A stretch of DNA of 64,000 nucleotides from an uncultured delta proteobacterium (GTDB taxonomy: Bacteria; Desulfobacterota; Binatia; UBA9968). Below the pieces are notes generated by a model. The model was not told the origin of the DNA. It did not search any database and saw only the letters and a program-made list of their open reading frames with translations. The stretch is from positions 992,001 through 1,056,000 of the forward strand of contig CAVYTU010000014.1 of assembly GCA_963771465.1 (NCBI GenBank), given 5' to 3'. Shown piece by piece: positions 29,018-39,429 of this stretch; position 1 is the stretch's first letter, and each line of letters opens with the position of its first letter. A program made the translations under genes and the position numbers.

Positions 29018-30022
29018 TTATTTGCCGCCAAAAATCTCACCGAATAGTTTCTGGTAGTCGCCGAACTTATCGCCGATCTCGGGATCGTTAATATGGAGCT
29101 TCAGATTCTTCGGTACCCAAGCGGGGGCTAGGCCTCGCCGCGCCGGCTGCATGTTTTCACCCAAATAAATCCGCTGGCCTTCCTCGGAAATCAAAAAGTC
29201 CATAAATAACTTGGAGGCGTTGGGATGCGGCGCGTTACGGTTAATTCCGGCCGTTACAGTGTGCACGATGGCGGGTTCCAGGGCTACCCAGTCTAAGGGC
29301 GCCCCGGACTTCTTAGTACGCTCAACATTGTACGCGTACAGATCGATCGCCAGCGGAAGCTCTCCCGCCGCAACCAAATTGCCCAGCAGCGTGGTGCCTG
29401 AGCGCAAGCTGACATTTTGGCGCGCCAGACGCCGCATGTAATCCATGCCCTGTTTCTCGCCTTTGATTTTTATCAGGTTGACGAACCAGACATAGGCGGC
29501 GTCTTCGAGACCGAGCTTGTCTTTCCACTTTGGATTGAGCAGGTCGTCGTAGGAACGCGGCAGATCGCTCTTGGGCACCATTCGAGTGTTGTAAGCGGTC
29601 ACATGAAGAAACATGTAGAGCGCGGTATAAAAACCGTCCCGGTCCTTGAGCTCGTCGGGAATTTGTTTGCGTTCCGGCGAGTCGTATTTCAGCAGCAAGT
29701 TTTTTTTCTTAAAAATATCGATATACCAGTCGGTGGTTCGGAGGATGTCCGCCGAGTGCTTGCCGGCGCGGCTCTCGGTCTCGAAGCGCACTAAGAGCCG
29801 CTGGCTCTGAATGCGAAATTTCTTGGCTTGAATGAAGGGATACTTTTTCGTGAAGCCGCGATTGATATCCTCATCGATCTCGCTGGAGCCGCCGCCGTAC
29901 CAGTTGATTTCTCCCTCTTTCCTGGCGCCTTCGATAACGTCGGCGCTGGCCGCCTCGCTAGTGACCGTGCGCAGTAAGCAGATAAAAAGAGCGGCAAACG
30001 GGATGAAACGATTAATAGGCAT
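29018..30022 (-). CDS. Extracellular solute-binding protein, AfuA-like
   Basis: GARKEG, AYNTRMV, DLLNPKWK, APHPNA. Confidence 0.85.
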   Translation of the reverse strand: MPINRFIPFAALFICLLRTVTSEAASADVIEGARKEGEINWYGGGSSEIDEDINRGFTKKYPFIQAKKFRIQSQRLLVRFETESRAGKHSADILRTTDWYIDIFKKKNLLLKYDSPERKQIPDELKDRDGFYTALYMFLHVTAYNTRMVPKSDLPRSYDDLLNPKWKDKLGLEDAAYVWFVNLIKIKGEKQGMDYMRRLARQNVSLRSGTTLLGNLVAAGELPLAIDLYAYNVERTKKSGAPLDWVALEPAIVHTVTAGINRNAPHPNASKLFMDFLISEEGQRIYLGENMQPARRGLAPAWVPKNLKLHINDPEIGDKFGDYQKLFGEIFGGK

Positions 30023-30088
30023 AGACTGACGTCTCCATGATTTTAAAATTTGACGGCATTCGATTTGTACTCTTATACCGGGAGTGAC

Positions 30089-31093
30089 TTACTTTTTGCC
30101 AAACACCTCAGCGAACAGTTTCTGATACTCGCCAACTTTGTCGCCGATGTCGGGATCGTTTACGTGTAATTTAACGTTTTTCGGCAGCCATGGCGCGCTG
30201 ATGCCGCGACGAGTCGGCTGCATGTTTTGGCTCTGATAAATGCGCTGGCCATCTTCCGAAAGCAAAAAATCCATAAACAGTTTGGCCGCGTTGGGGTGCG
30301 GCGCGTTCTTGTTAATGCCCCCGGCGATGGTGTGGACGATCATCGGATCGAAGGCGACCCAGTCGAGCGGCGCGCCGGCTTTCTTTAGCCGCTCGATATC
30401 ATCGGTGTAGAGATCGATGGCGAATGGAATTTCGCCGGCGGCGACCAAGTTGGTAAGTAAACTCGTGCTGGCGCGTAAACTCACGTCTTGGCGCGCTAGC
30501 CGGCGCATGTATTCGATGCCCGGTTTCTCGCCTTTCATCTTGAGCACGTTGACGAACCAGACATAGGCCGCGTCCTCGAGACCGAGCTTGCCTTTCCACT
30601 TGGGATCGAGCAGGTCGTCGTAAGAGCGCGGCAACTCGTTCTTGGGCACCATGCGAGTGTTGTAGGCGAGCGCATGCACTGCCAGATAGAGCGAGGTGTA
30701 GAAGCCGTCCCGGTCCTTCATTTCGTCAGGGATATTTTTTCGCTCCGGCGGATCATATTGGAGTAGCAAGCCTTTTTTCTTGAAGATATCGATATACCAA
30801 TCGGTGGTGCGGACAATGTCGGCGGTGTGTTTGCCGGCGCGGCTCTCGGTTTCGAAACGCACCAGAAGCCGCTGACTTTGTACCCGGGTTTTTCTTGCTT
30901 GGACGAATGGGTATTTCTTCATAAAGCCGCGGTTGATCAGTTCGTCGACCTCGGCTGAACCGCCGCCCATCCAATCCATCGCGCCTTCTTTTTTCGCCCC
31001 TTCTATAAGATCAACGCTGGCGGCGAAACTGGTAGCCGCGCTCGACAAACAAAGCGCCATTGCAGCAAGTAAGAGGTAACGGCGAAACGACAT
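30089..31093 (-). CDS. Extracellular solute-binding protein, AfuA-like (recent tandem duplicate of the previous gene)
   Basis: Same length (334 aa) and long identical blocks such as QSQRLLVRFETESRAGKH and LGLEDAAYVWFVN. Confidence 0.85.
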   Translation of the reverse strand: MSFRRYLLLAAMALCLSSAATSFAASVDLIEGAKKEGAMDWMGGGSAEVDELINRGFMKKYPFVQARKTRVQSQRLLVRFETESRAGKHTADIVRTTDWYIDIFKKKGLLLQYDPPERKNIPDEMKDRDGFYTSLYLAVHALAYNTRMVPKNELPRSYDDLLDPKWKGKLGLEDAAYVWFVNVLKMKGEKPGIEYMRRLARQDVSLRASTSLLTNLVAAGEIPFAIDLYTDDIERLKKAGAPLDWVAFDPMIVHTIAGGINKNAPHPNAAKLFMDFLLSEDGQRIYQSQNMQPTRRGISAPWLPKNVKLHVNDPDIGDKVGEYQKLFAEVFGKK

Positions 31094-31274
31094 AAAGATA
31101 AGCCTCCTTAATGACCGATTAGATCCGGCTAAAACATAGCACAGACAATGGTGGCGATTCCAAATGAAACTTGTGTTGTCAATGTTCTTTTGAAGAGGTA
31201 AACCAACGCTTGACCGGTTGAACAGTCTTCAATAACGTCGTCGGCAGGATTCACGCAAGGACAAAGGAGCTGTC

Positions 31275-32963
31275 ATGTACGATCTCTTACTTAGAGGCGG
31301 ACGCATCTATGATGGTTCGGGGATGCCGAGTTACAACGGCGATATAGGCATTGCCGATGGCAAGATTGCTGACATGGGCCGATTAAGCAGCAGCGCCAAG
31401 CGCACGCTCAACGTCGATGGCCTGGCGGTTTCGCCGGGCTTCATCGATCCGCATACCCATTTGGACGCCCAACTGTTCTGGGACCCGCTGGGCACATCGT
31501 CTTGTTTTCACGGCGTCACGTCTGTGGTCGTCGGCAATTGCGGTTTGAGTCTGGCGCCGGCGAAAGTGGCGGATCGCGAAGCGGTGATCAAAAGCTTCGT
31601 GCGCGTCGAGGCGATCAGCCGGCGCGTGCTTGAAGAAGGCATTCAATGGCGCTGGACTTCCACCGCAGAGTATTTGAATGCCCTCGGGTCAAGTCTCGGC
31701 ATCAATGCCGCGGCGTTGGTCGGTCATATCGCCGTGCGCCACTATGTGATGGGTGAAGATGCCGTCGAGCGCCAAGCGACGCCGGAAGAAATCGCCCAGA
31801 TGAAACAGCTCGTGCGCCAAGGGATGGAGGCCGGCGCGGTGGGCTTCTCCACCAATCAGAATCCGCGCCATATCCGTGAAGACAAAAAACCGGTGGCGAG
31901 CCGGCTCGCATCCGACGAAGAGTTGGGTTCATTGTTAGACGTATTGGGCGAGATGAATGCCGGTGTGGTTCAACTGAGCGGCGGCGGCGCGGATTCCCGC
32001 GGGCGCATCGCTTACGCGGCGCAAATGGCGCGGCGCACGGGACGCCCGGTGTTGTGGCAAAGCATCAGCCATAGCTGGAGCCGGCCGCACCACTGGCGCG
32101 AGATGCTCGCCAATACCGAGCAGGTTTTCAAAGAAGAGGGATTGCCCATTTACGCGATGACCCAAGCCAAACCGTTCCAGAATCGTTACACCTTGCGCGA
32201 CGCCCAGTGCTTCGATGAATTCCCGACCTGGAAGACGGCACTTTTTAGCCCACTGGAAGCACGCAAACAGATGTTCGCCAATGGCGATTGCCGCAAAAAA
32301 CTCCGCGCCGAAGCGATCGAGGATCAGTCCCCTTCGGTCTTTCCGCGCCGTTGGGATGTGATTTTCGTCGATGCGGTGAAGCTCGCCAAAAATAAATTGC
32401 TAGAGAAAAAATCCATTGAAGAGATCGCTAACGCGCAAGGCAAAGACGGTCTGGATTGCTTTTTGGATCTCTCCCTCGAAGAAGATCTCGAAACCCGATT
32501 CGTTCATACTAACACCCAAGGCGACCCTGAGGCCGTTTGCGAGATACTCAAGCATCCCGCGGTAATGATCGGCCAGTCCGACGCCGGCGCGCATATGGGC
32601 TACGACGCACGGTTCGGCTACTCCACGGCTTTTCTCGGCTGCTGGGTGCGCGACCATGGCATCATGGGTTTGGAAGAAGCGGTGGCGAAACTAACTTTCC
32701 GGGTGGCGTCGGTATTCGGCCTCAACGATCGCGGTTTGCTGCGGCCCGGCATGGCCGCTGACATCGCGGTGTTCGATGCGGCGACCGTCAACACGCAGGA
32801 GCCGGAGTACGTCAACGACTTGCCGGCCAACGAGACGCGCATGATTCAAAAAGCCACCGGCGTGCCCTACACGGTGGTGAACGGCGCCGTGGTGATCGAA
32901 AACGGCGCAGCGACCGGCGCGCGGCCGGGAAAGATTCTCAGGCCGACGGCGTGGAAGAATTAG
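31275..32963 (+). CDS. N-acyl-D-amino-acid deacylase-like amidohydrolase
   Basis: PGFIDPHTH.D, HGVT.VV.GNCG, SDAGAH, DRG.L.PG..AD. Confidence 0.88.
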   Translation: MYDLLLRGGRIYDGSGMPSYNGDIGIADGKIADMGRLSSSAKRTLNVDGLAVSPGFIDPHTHLDAQLFWDPLGTSSCFHGVTSVVVGNCGLSLAPAKVADREAVIKSFVRVEAISRRVLEEGIQWRWTSTAEYLNALGSSLGINAAALVGHIAVRHYVMGEDAVERQATPEEIAQMKQLVRQGMEAGAVGFSTNQNPRHIREDKKPVASRLASDEELGSLLDVLGEMNAGVVQLSGGGADSRGRIAYAAQMARRTGRPVLWQSISHSWSRPHHWREMLANTEQVFKEEGLPIYAMTQAKPFQNRYTLRDAQCFDEFPTWKTALFSPLEARKQMFANGDCRKKLRAEAIEDQSPSVFPRRWDVIFVDAVKLAKNKLLEKKSIEEIANAQGKDGLDCFLDLSLEEDLETRFVHTNTQGDPEAVCEILKHPAVMIGQSDAGAHMGYDARFGYSTAFLGCWVRDHGIMGLEEAVAKLTFRVASVFGLNDRGLLRPGMAADIAVFDAATVNTQEPEYVNDLPANETRMIQKATGVPYTVVNGAVVIENGAATGARPGKILRPTAWKN

Positions 32964-32987
32964 CCCGGATTCTTCGTCGTGCAAAGG

Positions 32988-33158
32988 CGATCGAGGCGAA
33001 ACCCTTCCGGAGCGAAGGCAAAGCGATCTGCTTAAGGGCAAGGGGCGATCTGCTGTGAAACTGACTGTGAGAAGGTCAAGTATAGTGCCGAACACCGTGC
33101 ATGACGATGAAACCTTTGGCGCTGATGCCTTCGCTCCTCCAGGGTTCCACCTCGATCG
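32988..33158. repeat. 171-nt long imperfect hairpin / inverted-repeat element (structured ncRNA or MITE/REPIN-like)
   Basis: Paired arms CGATCGAGG/CCTCGATCG, AACCCT/AGGGTT, GGAGCGAAGGCA/TGCCTTCGCTCC and AGCG/CGCT. Confidence 0.7.
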
Positions 33159-33227
33159 ACACTCTATCCCAGGCTTTCTTAGTCGTACGAATAAATCCGG
33201 AGTTAGCAAGATTGGAGTGTGCAAGTC

Positions 33228-34298
33228 ATGGGTGATCGGATTGCTCGGAGCATGATACGGGTGGCGCGCGGAATCGGCTCGGCTGTCGCGTTGATTTTTC
33301 TTTTCGGCGTCAATGCCGATAGCTTAGCCCAAACGAATTTCTACAGTGGCAAGACCGTCACTGTCGTCGTCGGCTCCGCGCCGGGCGGGCTTTACGATTT
33401 GTGGGCGCGACTCTTGGCTCGGACGATGGGGAAATACATTCCTGGCAATCCGACGATGCTGGTGCAAAACATGCCCGGCGGCGGTTCGATCGTAGCGGCG
33501 AATTATCTTTACGGTATCGCCAAGCCGGACGGGCTGACCATCGGCATGTTTCAAACTCACTTATATCTTGAGCAATTGGTCAGCCGGCCCGAAGTCAAGT
33601 TCGACATGCGCCGGTTTAACTGGCTCGGTTCGCAGGAAAAAGGCCAGATGATGCTCTATATCCGCGCCGACTCGCCGTACAAATCCATCGACGACATCAT
33701 CAAAGCCAAAGAGCCGCCCAAATGCGGCGGTTCGGGTACGGCGGATCAGTCGTCTCTGCTGACCCGACTGCTCGAAGAAACCATCGGCGCCAAGTTTATT
33801 CGCGTGCTCGGTTACAAAGGCGGCGGCGAAGTTGATTTGGCGATGGAGCGCGGCGAGGTGATTTGCCGGGCGACTCGGATCACGGTTCATTTCAGTCGCG
33901 AGCCGTTTCTGTCCTGGGAGAAAAAGGGCTTTGACCGTCATTTAATCCAAGCCGGCAAGAAACGTGATCAACGCTTGCCGGACCTGCCGACGATTTACGA
34001 GCTGATGGATAAATACAAAACCTCGGAGGTCGGCCGCCGATTGACGCAGATATTTCTTGCCGGCGACGAATTGGGCCGTCCGATGGTGGCGCCGCCTGGT
34101 GTGACGGCGGACCGGGTGAAAATTTTACGTGAGGCTTATGCGAGAGCACTGAAAGATCCTGATCTGATCGCCGAGGTCGACCGCCAGCGGCTGGACATGG
34201 ATCCGTCCAGCGGTGAAGAGATTCAAACTCTGATCAAAGAACTGATGGAGCAAAAGGGCGAAGTGATCGAGCGGGTGAAAAAACTCATGGAGAATTAA
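33228..34298 (+). CDS. Tripartite tricarboxylate transporter substrate-binding protein (TctC/Bug-like)
   Basis: FYSGKTV.VVVG..PGG.YD, YIPGNP...VQNMPGGG, KPDGLT, GY.GG.E..LAMERGEV. Confidence 0.88.
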   Translation: MGDRIARSMIRVARGIGSAVALIFLFGVNADSLAQTNFYSGKTVTVVVGSAPGGLYDLWARLLARTMGKYIPGNPTMLVQNMPGGGSIVAANYLYGIAKPDGLTIGMFQTHLYLEQLVSRPEVKFDMRRFNWLGSQEKGQMMLYIRADSPYKSIDDIIKAKEPPKCGGSGTADQSSLLTRLLEETIGAKFIRVLGYKGGGEVDLAMERGEVICRATRITVHFSREPFLSWEKKGFDRHLIQAGKKRDQRLPDLPTIYELMDKYKTSEVGRRLTQIFLAGDELGRPMVAPPGVTADRVKILREAYARALKDPDLIAEVDRQRLDMDPSSGEEIQTLIKELMEQKGEVIERVKKLMEN

Positions 34299-34319
34299 TC
34301 AAGAGGCTGCGAACGGACC

Positions 34320-35309
34320 TCACTGTGTTTTTGCCTTCTCCGCGAAGCTCCAGTCGCGCACGAGCTGCGGCTTGGCGATGATTTTTTCCTTGGCGCGAAA
34401 AGTTCCCACAGCGATCCATTCCTCGGTGACCGCATCAGGGACTGACAGCTCTGGGTTATACTGATCGCGGTAGATCGCATAAAATTTTTCCGCGGCTGGG
34501 CGGTCGAGCTTCAATAATTTTTCTAAAAGACCGACGCCAACCTCGCGCTGGCTCTGCAAAAACAAGATGGCATTGCGCAGCGCGCGCAGATAACGGACGA
34601 TCTCGTCGGGCTCCCGCTCAATCTTTCTCTGGGTAGTGCTCAAGCCGACGATAGGTATCTTGACGAACTCCGCGGTCTCCTTCACCGATAAGAGCGTCTT
34701 AAAACCTTTTTGCTCGGCGCGGTATTCGAATGGGCTATTGACCACGGTGGCATCGACGGCGCCGCTGAGCAGAGCGGCAAAGCGCGCGTCCGGGCTGCCG
34801 GCGACCGCTTGCAAGGTGACATCCTTGTTGGGATCGAGGCCGTTGCGGCTGAGCAGTTGATAGATCGCGAAGTCGGCGGAGCTGCCAAAAGTGTTGATGG
34901 CGATTCTTTTTCCCTTGAGCGCTTTAACGCTATCGATATCGGGCCGCGAGACAATGGCGTAGCCGCTGGTTTTGACGGTGGCCGCAACGATCTTCACCGG
35001 CAGACCGCGAGTTGCTGCGCCGGCGATGAACGGCAGGATCGTCACGTAATCGAGCTCGTTGGCCATCAAGGCACTGAGCATCAGGTTGGTTCCCTGGAAC
35101 TGGATGTAACGAACCCGCAAACCTTCTTTATCGAAAAAGCCGCGCTCCATGGCGACGCGATCCGGCAGAGCGGTCCAGGCGGTGCCGCCGGTCCAGCCGA
35201 TGTTAAGGATTTTCGGCTCGGCGCCGTTGGTCGTGGTTGCCAATAGAGTGGCGCAAAGCACCAGCAGGATGAATAGCGATGCGCGCAATTTCTCCGTCGA
35301 ACCGATCAC
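34320..35309 (-). CDS. NMT1/SsuA-type ABC substrate-binding protein
   Basis: GFFDKEGL, LKGKRIA...GS, GLDPNKDV. Confidence 0.85.
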   Translation of the reverse strand: MIGSTEKLRASLFILLVLCATLLATTTNGAEPKILNIGWTGGTAWTALPDRVAMERGFFDKEGLRVRYIQFQGTNLMLSALMANELDYVTILPFIAGAATRGLPVKIVAATVKTSGYAIVSRPDIDSVKALKGKRIAINTFGSSADFAIYQLLSRNGLDPNKDVTLQAVAGSPDARFAALLSGAVDATVVNSPFEYRAEQKGFKTLLSVKETAEFVKIPIVGLSTTQRKIEREPDEIVRYLRALRNAILFLQSQREVGVGLLEKLLKLDRPAAEKFYAIYRDQYNPELSVPDAVTEEWIAVGTFRAKEKIIAKPQLVRDWSFAEKAKTQ

Positions 35310-36046
35310 GCGCTAGCAGCTTTTTTCTGTGCCGACGGCGCCAGGTGGGTGGCGAAGAATTCCAACGTCCGTTGCCACGAAGTCTTGTCGGCTTCCGGAC
35401 GATAGCTCTTCCTGCCGGCGCAATTGAAACCATGGGGCGCGTTATCGTAATAAAAAAATTCATGCTGTTTGCCGAGGCGATTCAGTTCGGCGTCGAGCTT
35501 GTGCATTTCCTCCGGCGACGGGCTGGTATCGAGCATGCCGAAATGTCCTTGAATCGGACAGGAGACATTGGCCGCAAGCGTCGACGGTGCGGGCCGGTCG
35601 CTGCCCCATTTCGAGTAGACGCCGCCGCCGTAATAATCCACCGCGGCAATGAACGATGGGGTTGCCGCGGCGGCGAGAAAAGCAACCCGCCCGCCCATGC
35701 AGAAACCGACGATGCCAAGCCTTGATGTGTCGGTCTTGGCGCAGCCTTTCAAGAAATTTATCGTCCCGTTCAAATCGTTGATCACGTTGGTGTCGCTGCG
35801 GGCGGGCCGAATCTTTTCGATTTCTTCCTCACTGTTCGGCTCGCCGGTGCGGTGATAGAGCAGCGGCGCGATACCAACGTAGCCGGCTTCAGCGACGCGG
35901 CGGGTCATCTCTTGGGTAAATTCTTTGACGCCGTACTTGTTCTGGATGACGATGATGGCTGGAAACGGTCCAGGCCCGTCCGGTTGGCTCAAATATAGCT
36001 TCATTGGGCTGTTATCGACGGTGACGGTTTCCCAAGTGTTCTGCAT
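35306..36046 (-). CDS. Dienelactone hydrolase family protein
   Basis: GFCMGG nucleophile, YYG, HFG..D, A.HGF; GGAGG RBS before MQNTW. Confidence 0.9.
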   Translation of the reverse strand: MQNTWETVTVDNSPMKLYLSQPDGPGPFPAIIVIQNKYGVKEFTQEMTRRVAEAGYVGIAPLLYHRTGEPNSEEEIEKIRPARSDTNVINDLNGTINFLKGCAKTDTSRLGIVGFCMGGRVAFLAAAATPSFIAAVDYYGGGVYSKWGSDRPAPSTLAANVSCPIQGHFGMLDTSPSPEEMHKLDAELNRLGKQHEFFYYDNAPHGFNCAGRKSYRPEADKTSWQRTLEFFATHLAPSAQKKAASA

Positions 36047-36188
36047 GAAAATCCTCCAATGGTTCGGCACACAGTATTGACCCTTCCAATAATCTGTTAA
36101 TGTAGTGCTGTCAAACGCGCACGGCGCAAGCGTTGCGCGGCGGCTAGTGTAATTTCCTTGTGGTGCGCGATGATGCTAGAAATAAGCG

Positions 36189-37700
36189 ATGTGGTGTGAC
36201 TTTAAAATGATGCGAACGGGATCGCATGGAAGGCACGCGGCAAGCGCGATTGCCGCCGTTTTGGCTTTATCTTTTTTTCTCGGCGCCGTCGCTCTCGACG
36301 CGGCGCAGACGCAAGCCGTCAAACGGCGCAACCCGCCAGCGAAAGCGGCTGACGGCGCAAAAGCTCAAGCGACCAAGAAACCGACCGAAACACTTGCGGC
36401 AGCTAAAGCGGAGCAAAGCGCCAAGTCATTCGCCATCGACTTCAAAGAATTCAAACTCAAAAATGGCTTGCGTGTCCTGCTCGCCGAGGATCACCGCGCG
36501 CCGACCTTTTCGATTTGCATGACTTACAATGTCGGTTCCCGCGACGAGCGTCCAGGGCGCACCGGTTTTGCCCATCTGTTCGAGCATATGTTGTTTCAAG
36601 GCTCGGAAAACGTCGGCAAGGGCGAGCATTTCATTTTAATCCAACAAAACGGCGGCAGCGCCAACGGCACGACCAACGCCGACCGTACCAATTATTTCGA
36701 AACCTTGCCGGCGAATCAGTTGGAGCTGGCGATCTTTCTCGAAGCCGACCGCATGCGCGCGCCGGCGATCACCCAGGCCAACTTCGACAACCAGCGCGCC
36801 ACCGTGCAAGAAGAGCGGCGGCAGAACTACGACAACCGCGCCTATGGCAAAAGCTACGAGGCGACCATCGACCTCGTCTACGACACGTTTCCTTACAAGC
36901 ACTCGACCATCGGTTCCATGGAGGACTTGAACGCAGCGACCATTCAGGACGCCGAGGCCTTCTTCCAAACTTATTACGCGCCGAATAACGCGGTGCTCTC
37001 TCTGGTCGGCAACTTTCAGAGCGAGGCCGCGCTGGCGCTGATCAAGAAGTATTTCGAAAACATCCCGGCGCAGACGCCGCCGCCGGTACCGGACGTGCGC
37101 GAGCCGGAGCAAAAAGGCGAAAGGCGCAAAGTGTTGGAAGACAACTTCGCGCAAACGCCGCGGCTCGATGTGGTATTCAAGATACCGCCGGGAAACACGC
37201 CCGACTGGTATGCACTGGAAGTGCTGGGAAATGTATTATCCAACGGAGTCTCGTCGCGGCTGTACCAGAAATTCGTCAAAGAAAAAGAACTCGCGGTGAG
37301 CGTCAGCGCCGACGCCAGCGAGCAACGCGGCCCGGCGCTATTTTGGTTCAGCGTGATGGCGCGGCCAACCACCGATCTCGCCGAACTGGAAAAGTTGTTG
37401 CTGGAAGAAATTCGCCGCGCCCAGGAAATCCCGGTGAGCGATGCTGAGCTCAGCAAAGTGCGCATGCAGCTACGCCGCCAGCGCGCCCAGCAGCTTTATA
37501 GCACGCGCTCGCGCGCCAATTCGCTCGGTCACTTTGCCGTCTATTACAACGATGCCGGCTTGATCAACAGTGTTTGGGACCAATACGATCGCATCACTAA
37601 AGCCGATTTGCAGAATGTCGCGCGGCGATATTTTACCGAGGCCAATCGGTCGGTGGTGACGACGATGCCGAAAGCCGCGGCCGCCACGGGGACGCGTTAG
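36189..37700 (+). CDS. M16 (pitrilysin-like) zinc peptidase, catalytic subunit
   Basis: GFAHLFEH (HxxEH), NGTT..DRTNYF, EERR, YYAPNNA; exact start uncertain. Confidence 0.9.
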   Translation: MWCDFKMMRTGSHGRHAASAIAAVLALSFFLGAVALDAAQTQAVKRRNPPAKAADGAKAQATKKPTETLAAAKAEQSAKSFAIDFKEFKLKNGLRVLLAEDHRAPTFSICMTYNVGSRDERPGRTGFAHLFEHMLFQGSENVGKGEHFILIQQNGGSANGTTNADRTNYFETLPANQLELAIFLEADRMRAPAITQANFDNQRATVQEERRQNYDNRAYGKSYEATIDLVYDTFPYKHSTIGSMEDLNAATIQDAEAFFQTYYAPNNAVLSLVGNFQSEAALALIKKYFENIPAQTPPPVPDVREPEQKGERRKVLEDNFAQTPRLDVVFKIPPGNTPDWYALEVLGNVLSNGVSSRLYQKFVKEKELAVSVSADASEQRGPALFWFSVMARPTTDLAELEKLLLEEIRRAQEIPVSDAELSKVRMQLRRQRAQQLYSTRSRANSLGHFAVYYNDAGLINSVWDQYDRITKADLQNVARRYFTEANRSVVTTMPKAAAATGTR

Positions 37701-37750
37701 CATTAACCGCAATCACAGCGCCGGCAAGACGAGACTTTGGACAAGTGAGT

Positions 37751-39250
37751 ATGCCTAGACAATTTTCTTTTCGACAACGACTCATGAGCGTTTTCTCGTT
37801 GATTGCGCTGCTCGGCTGGCTCGTGCCGGTAGCGCCTCTGGCTCAGGACGCGGCGGTTGCGCCGAGCAAGGTCGAGCGCAAAGACCGCGCGCCGGTGTCG
37901 CGCGAAATACTCCAGGTCAAACTGCCCAAACCCGTGGAGGCAAAACTCAAGAACGGGCTGACCGTGCTGATTGTCGAGGATCGCCGTGCGCCGTACATCT
38001 CGATGCAGCTTCATATCGGCGGCGCCGGAGCGCTGTTTGAACCGGTCGGGATGGCCGGCTTGGCGAGTATCACGGCGCAGATGCTGCGCGAAGGGACGAA
38101 CTCTAAAACGAGTCTCCAGATCGCCGAAGACATCGACCGCCTCGGCGCATCGATTAATACCGGAGCATCGTTCGGTTCCCCGGATGTCGTGCTCAGCGCG
38201 GCCGGCTTGAGTGATAACTTCGATGTTTGGTTTGCCATCGCCACCGATATGTTGTTTCAGCCAAGTTTTCCCGCCGACGAGTTGGAGAAGCTCAAGCAGC
38301 GCTTGCGCGTGCAACTGCGCGAGCAGCGCTCGGGAGCGAACTTTTTGTTGAACGAGCGCTTCAATCGCGCCGTCTACGGCGACCATCCGGCGGCGAAAGT
38401 GTCAGCGACGGCGGCATCCCTCGACGCCCTCAAGCGCGAGACCTTGGTCCAGTGGCATCGACAACGGTTCGTACCGCAAAACGCTATCCTCGGCATCGCC
38501 GGGGATGTGAGCGCGAAAGATTTGCTCGCTAAACTGGAGAAGCGTTTGGCCGGCTGGAAGAAAACCGAGCTGCAGCCCACTTGGCCGGCCAATCCGGTGG
38601 CGGCAAACGCGCGCCATGTTTTACTCGTGCACCGGCCCAATTCGGTTCAGACCACGGTGGCGCTCGGCAATATCGCCATCGACCGGCGCAGTGCAGATTA
38701 TCCGGCGATGATCGTGATGAACGATGTCATCGGCGGCGGCGCTTCGGCGCGGCTATTTTTAAATCTCCGCGAGGAGAAAGGTTACACCTACGGCGTCTAT
38801 AGCGACTTCTCCGCGCTGCGCTATCCCGGCCCGTGGCGCGCCGGCGGCAACATGCGGACGGATGTAACTGATGGCGCGCTGGTAGAATTTTTCAAAGAGA
38901 TTCGGCGCATCCGCGACGAAAGCGTGCCGAGCAAGGAGTTGGATGAGAGCAAGCGTTCCATCGTCGCCAGCTTCGCGCTCTCGCTGGAGCAGCCGTCGCG
39001 GGTGCTGAACTTCGCCATCACGCGCAAACTCTACGGCCTGCCTGCCGACTACTGGGATACTTATTCCAGCAAAATCGCCGCGGTCACGGCCGAAGACGTC
39101 CAAAGAGTCGCGCGCAAATATTTAAATCCCGAGACGCTGCAACTGGTCGCCGTCGGCGACGCGACGAAGATAAAAACCATTCTGGAAAAGTACGGCACCG
39201 TGGATGTCTACGATACCAACGGCGCTTCAGTGGCCGCCGACAAGTTTTAG
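37751..39250 (+). CDS. M16 peptidase, non-catalytic partner subunit
   Basis: No HxxEH; SARLFLNLREEKGYTY (R/Y motif); signal peptide. Confidence 0.88.
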   Translation: MPRQFSFRQRLMSVFSLIALLGWLVPVAPLAQDAAVAPSKVERKDRAPVSREILQVKLPKPVEAKLKNGLTVLIVEDRRAPYISMQLHIGGAGALFEPVGMAGLASITAQMLREGTNSKTSLQIAEDIDRLGASINTGASFGSPDVVLSAAGLSDNFDVWFAIATDMLFQPSFPADELEKLKQRLRVQLREQRSGANFLLNERFNRAVYGDHPAAKVSATAASLDALKRETLVQWHRQRFVPQNAILGIAGDVSAKDLLAKLEKRLAGWKKTELQPTWPANPVAANARHVLLVHRPNSVQTTVALGNIAIDRRSADYPAMIVMNDVIGGGASARLFLNLREEKGYTYGVYSDFSALRYPGPWRAGGNMRTDVTDGALVEFFKEIRRIRDESVPSKELDESKRSIVASFALSLEQPSRVLNFAITRKLYGLPADYWDTYSSKIAAVTAEDVQRVARKYLNPETLQLVAVGDATKIKTILEKYGTVDVYDTNGASVAADKF

Positions 39251-39429
39251 CTTCATTGCCAATCGATCCGGCTTTTAAATCATGGCTGCCGCGCGTGATG
39301 GCGGTAAGGGATGATGCTTGGACCCTTCTCCTTGGCTCCTTAAAATAATTTCTCTCGGATCCCATCTCTTGTTTCTGGTGGCGGTATGCAAATATACTCC
39401 GGCCACTTTAACGATCATGGAGTCGGCAT

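Noticed and set aside
32988-33158. 6S RNA or a known riboswitch call for the long hairpin
   Set aside because: GGTGTTCG and CTTGA-like motifs on the minus strand are adjacent in the loop, not at the 6S positions. I see no recognisable riboswitch consensus, so it is left unassigned.
36189-39250. RiPP or PQQ maturation system around the M16 peptidase pair
   Set aside because: There is no precursor peptide or modifying enzyme nearby. An exported active/inactive M16B heterodimer is a known arrangement.
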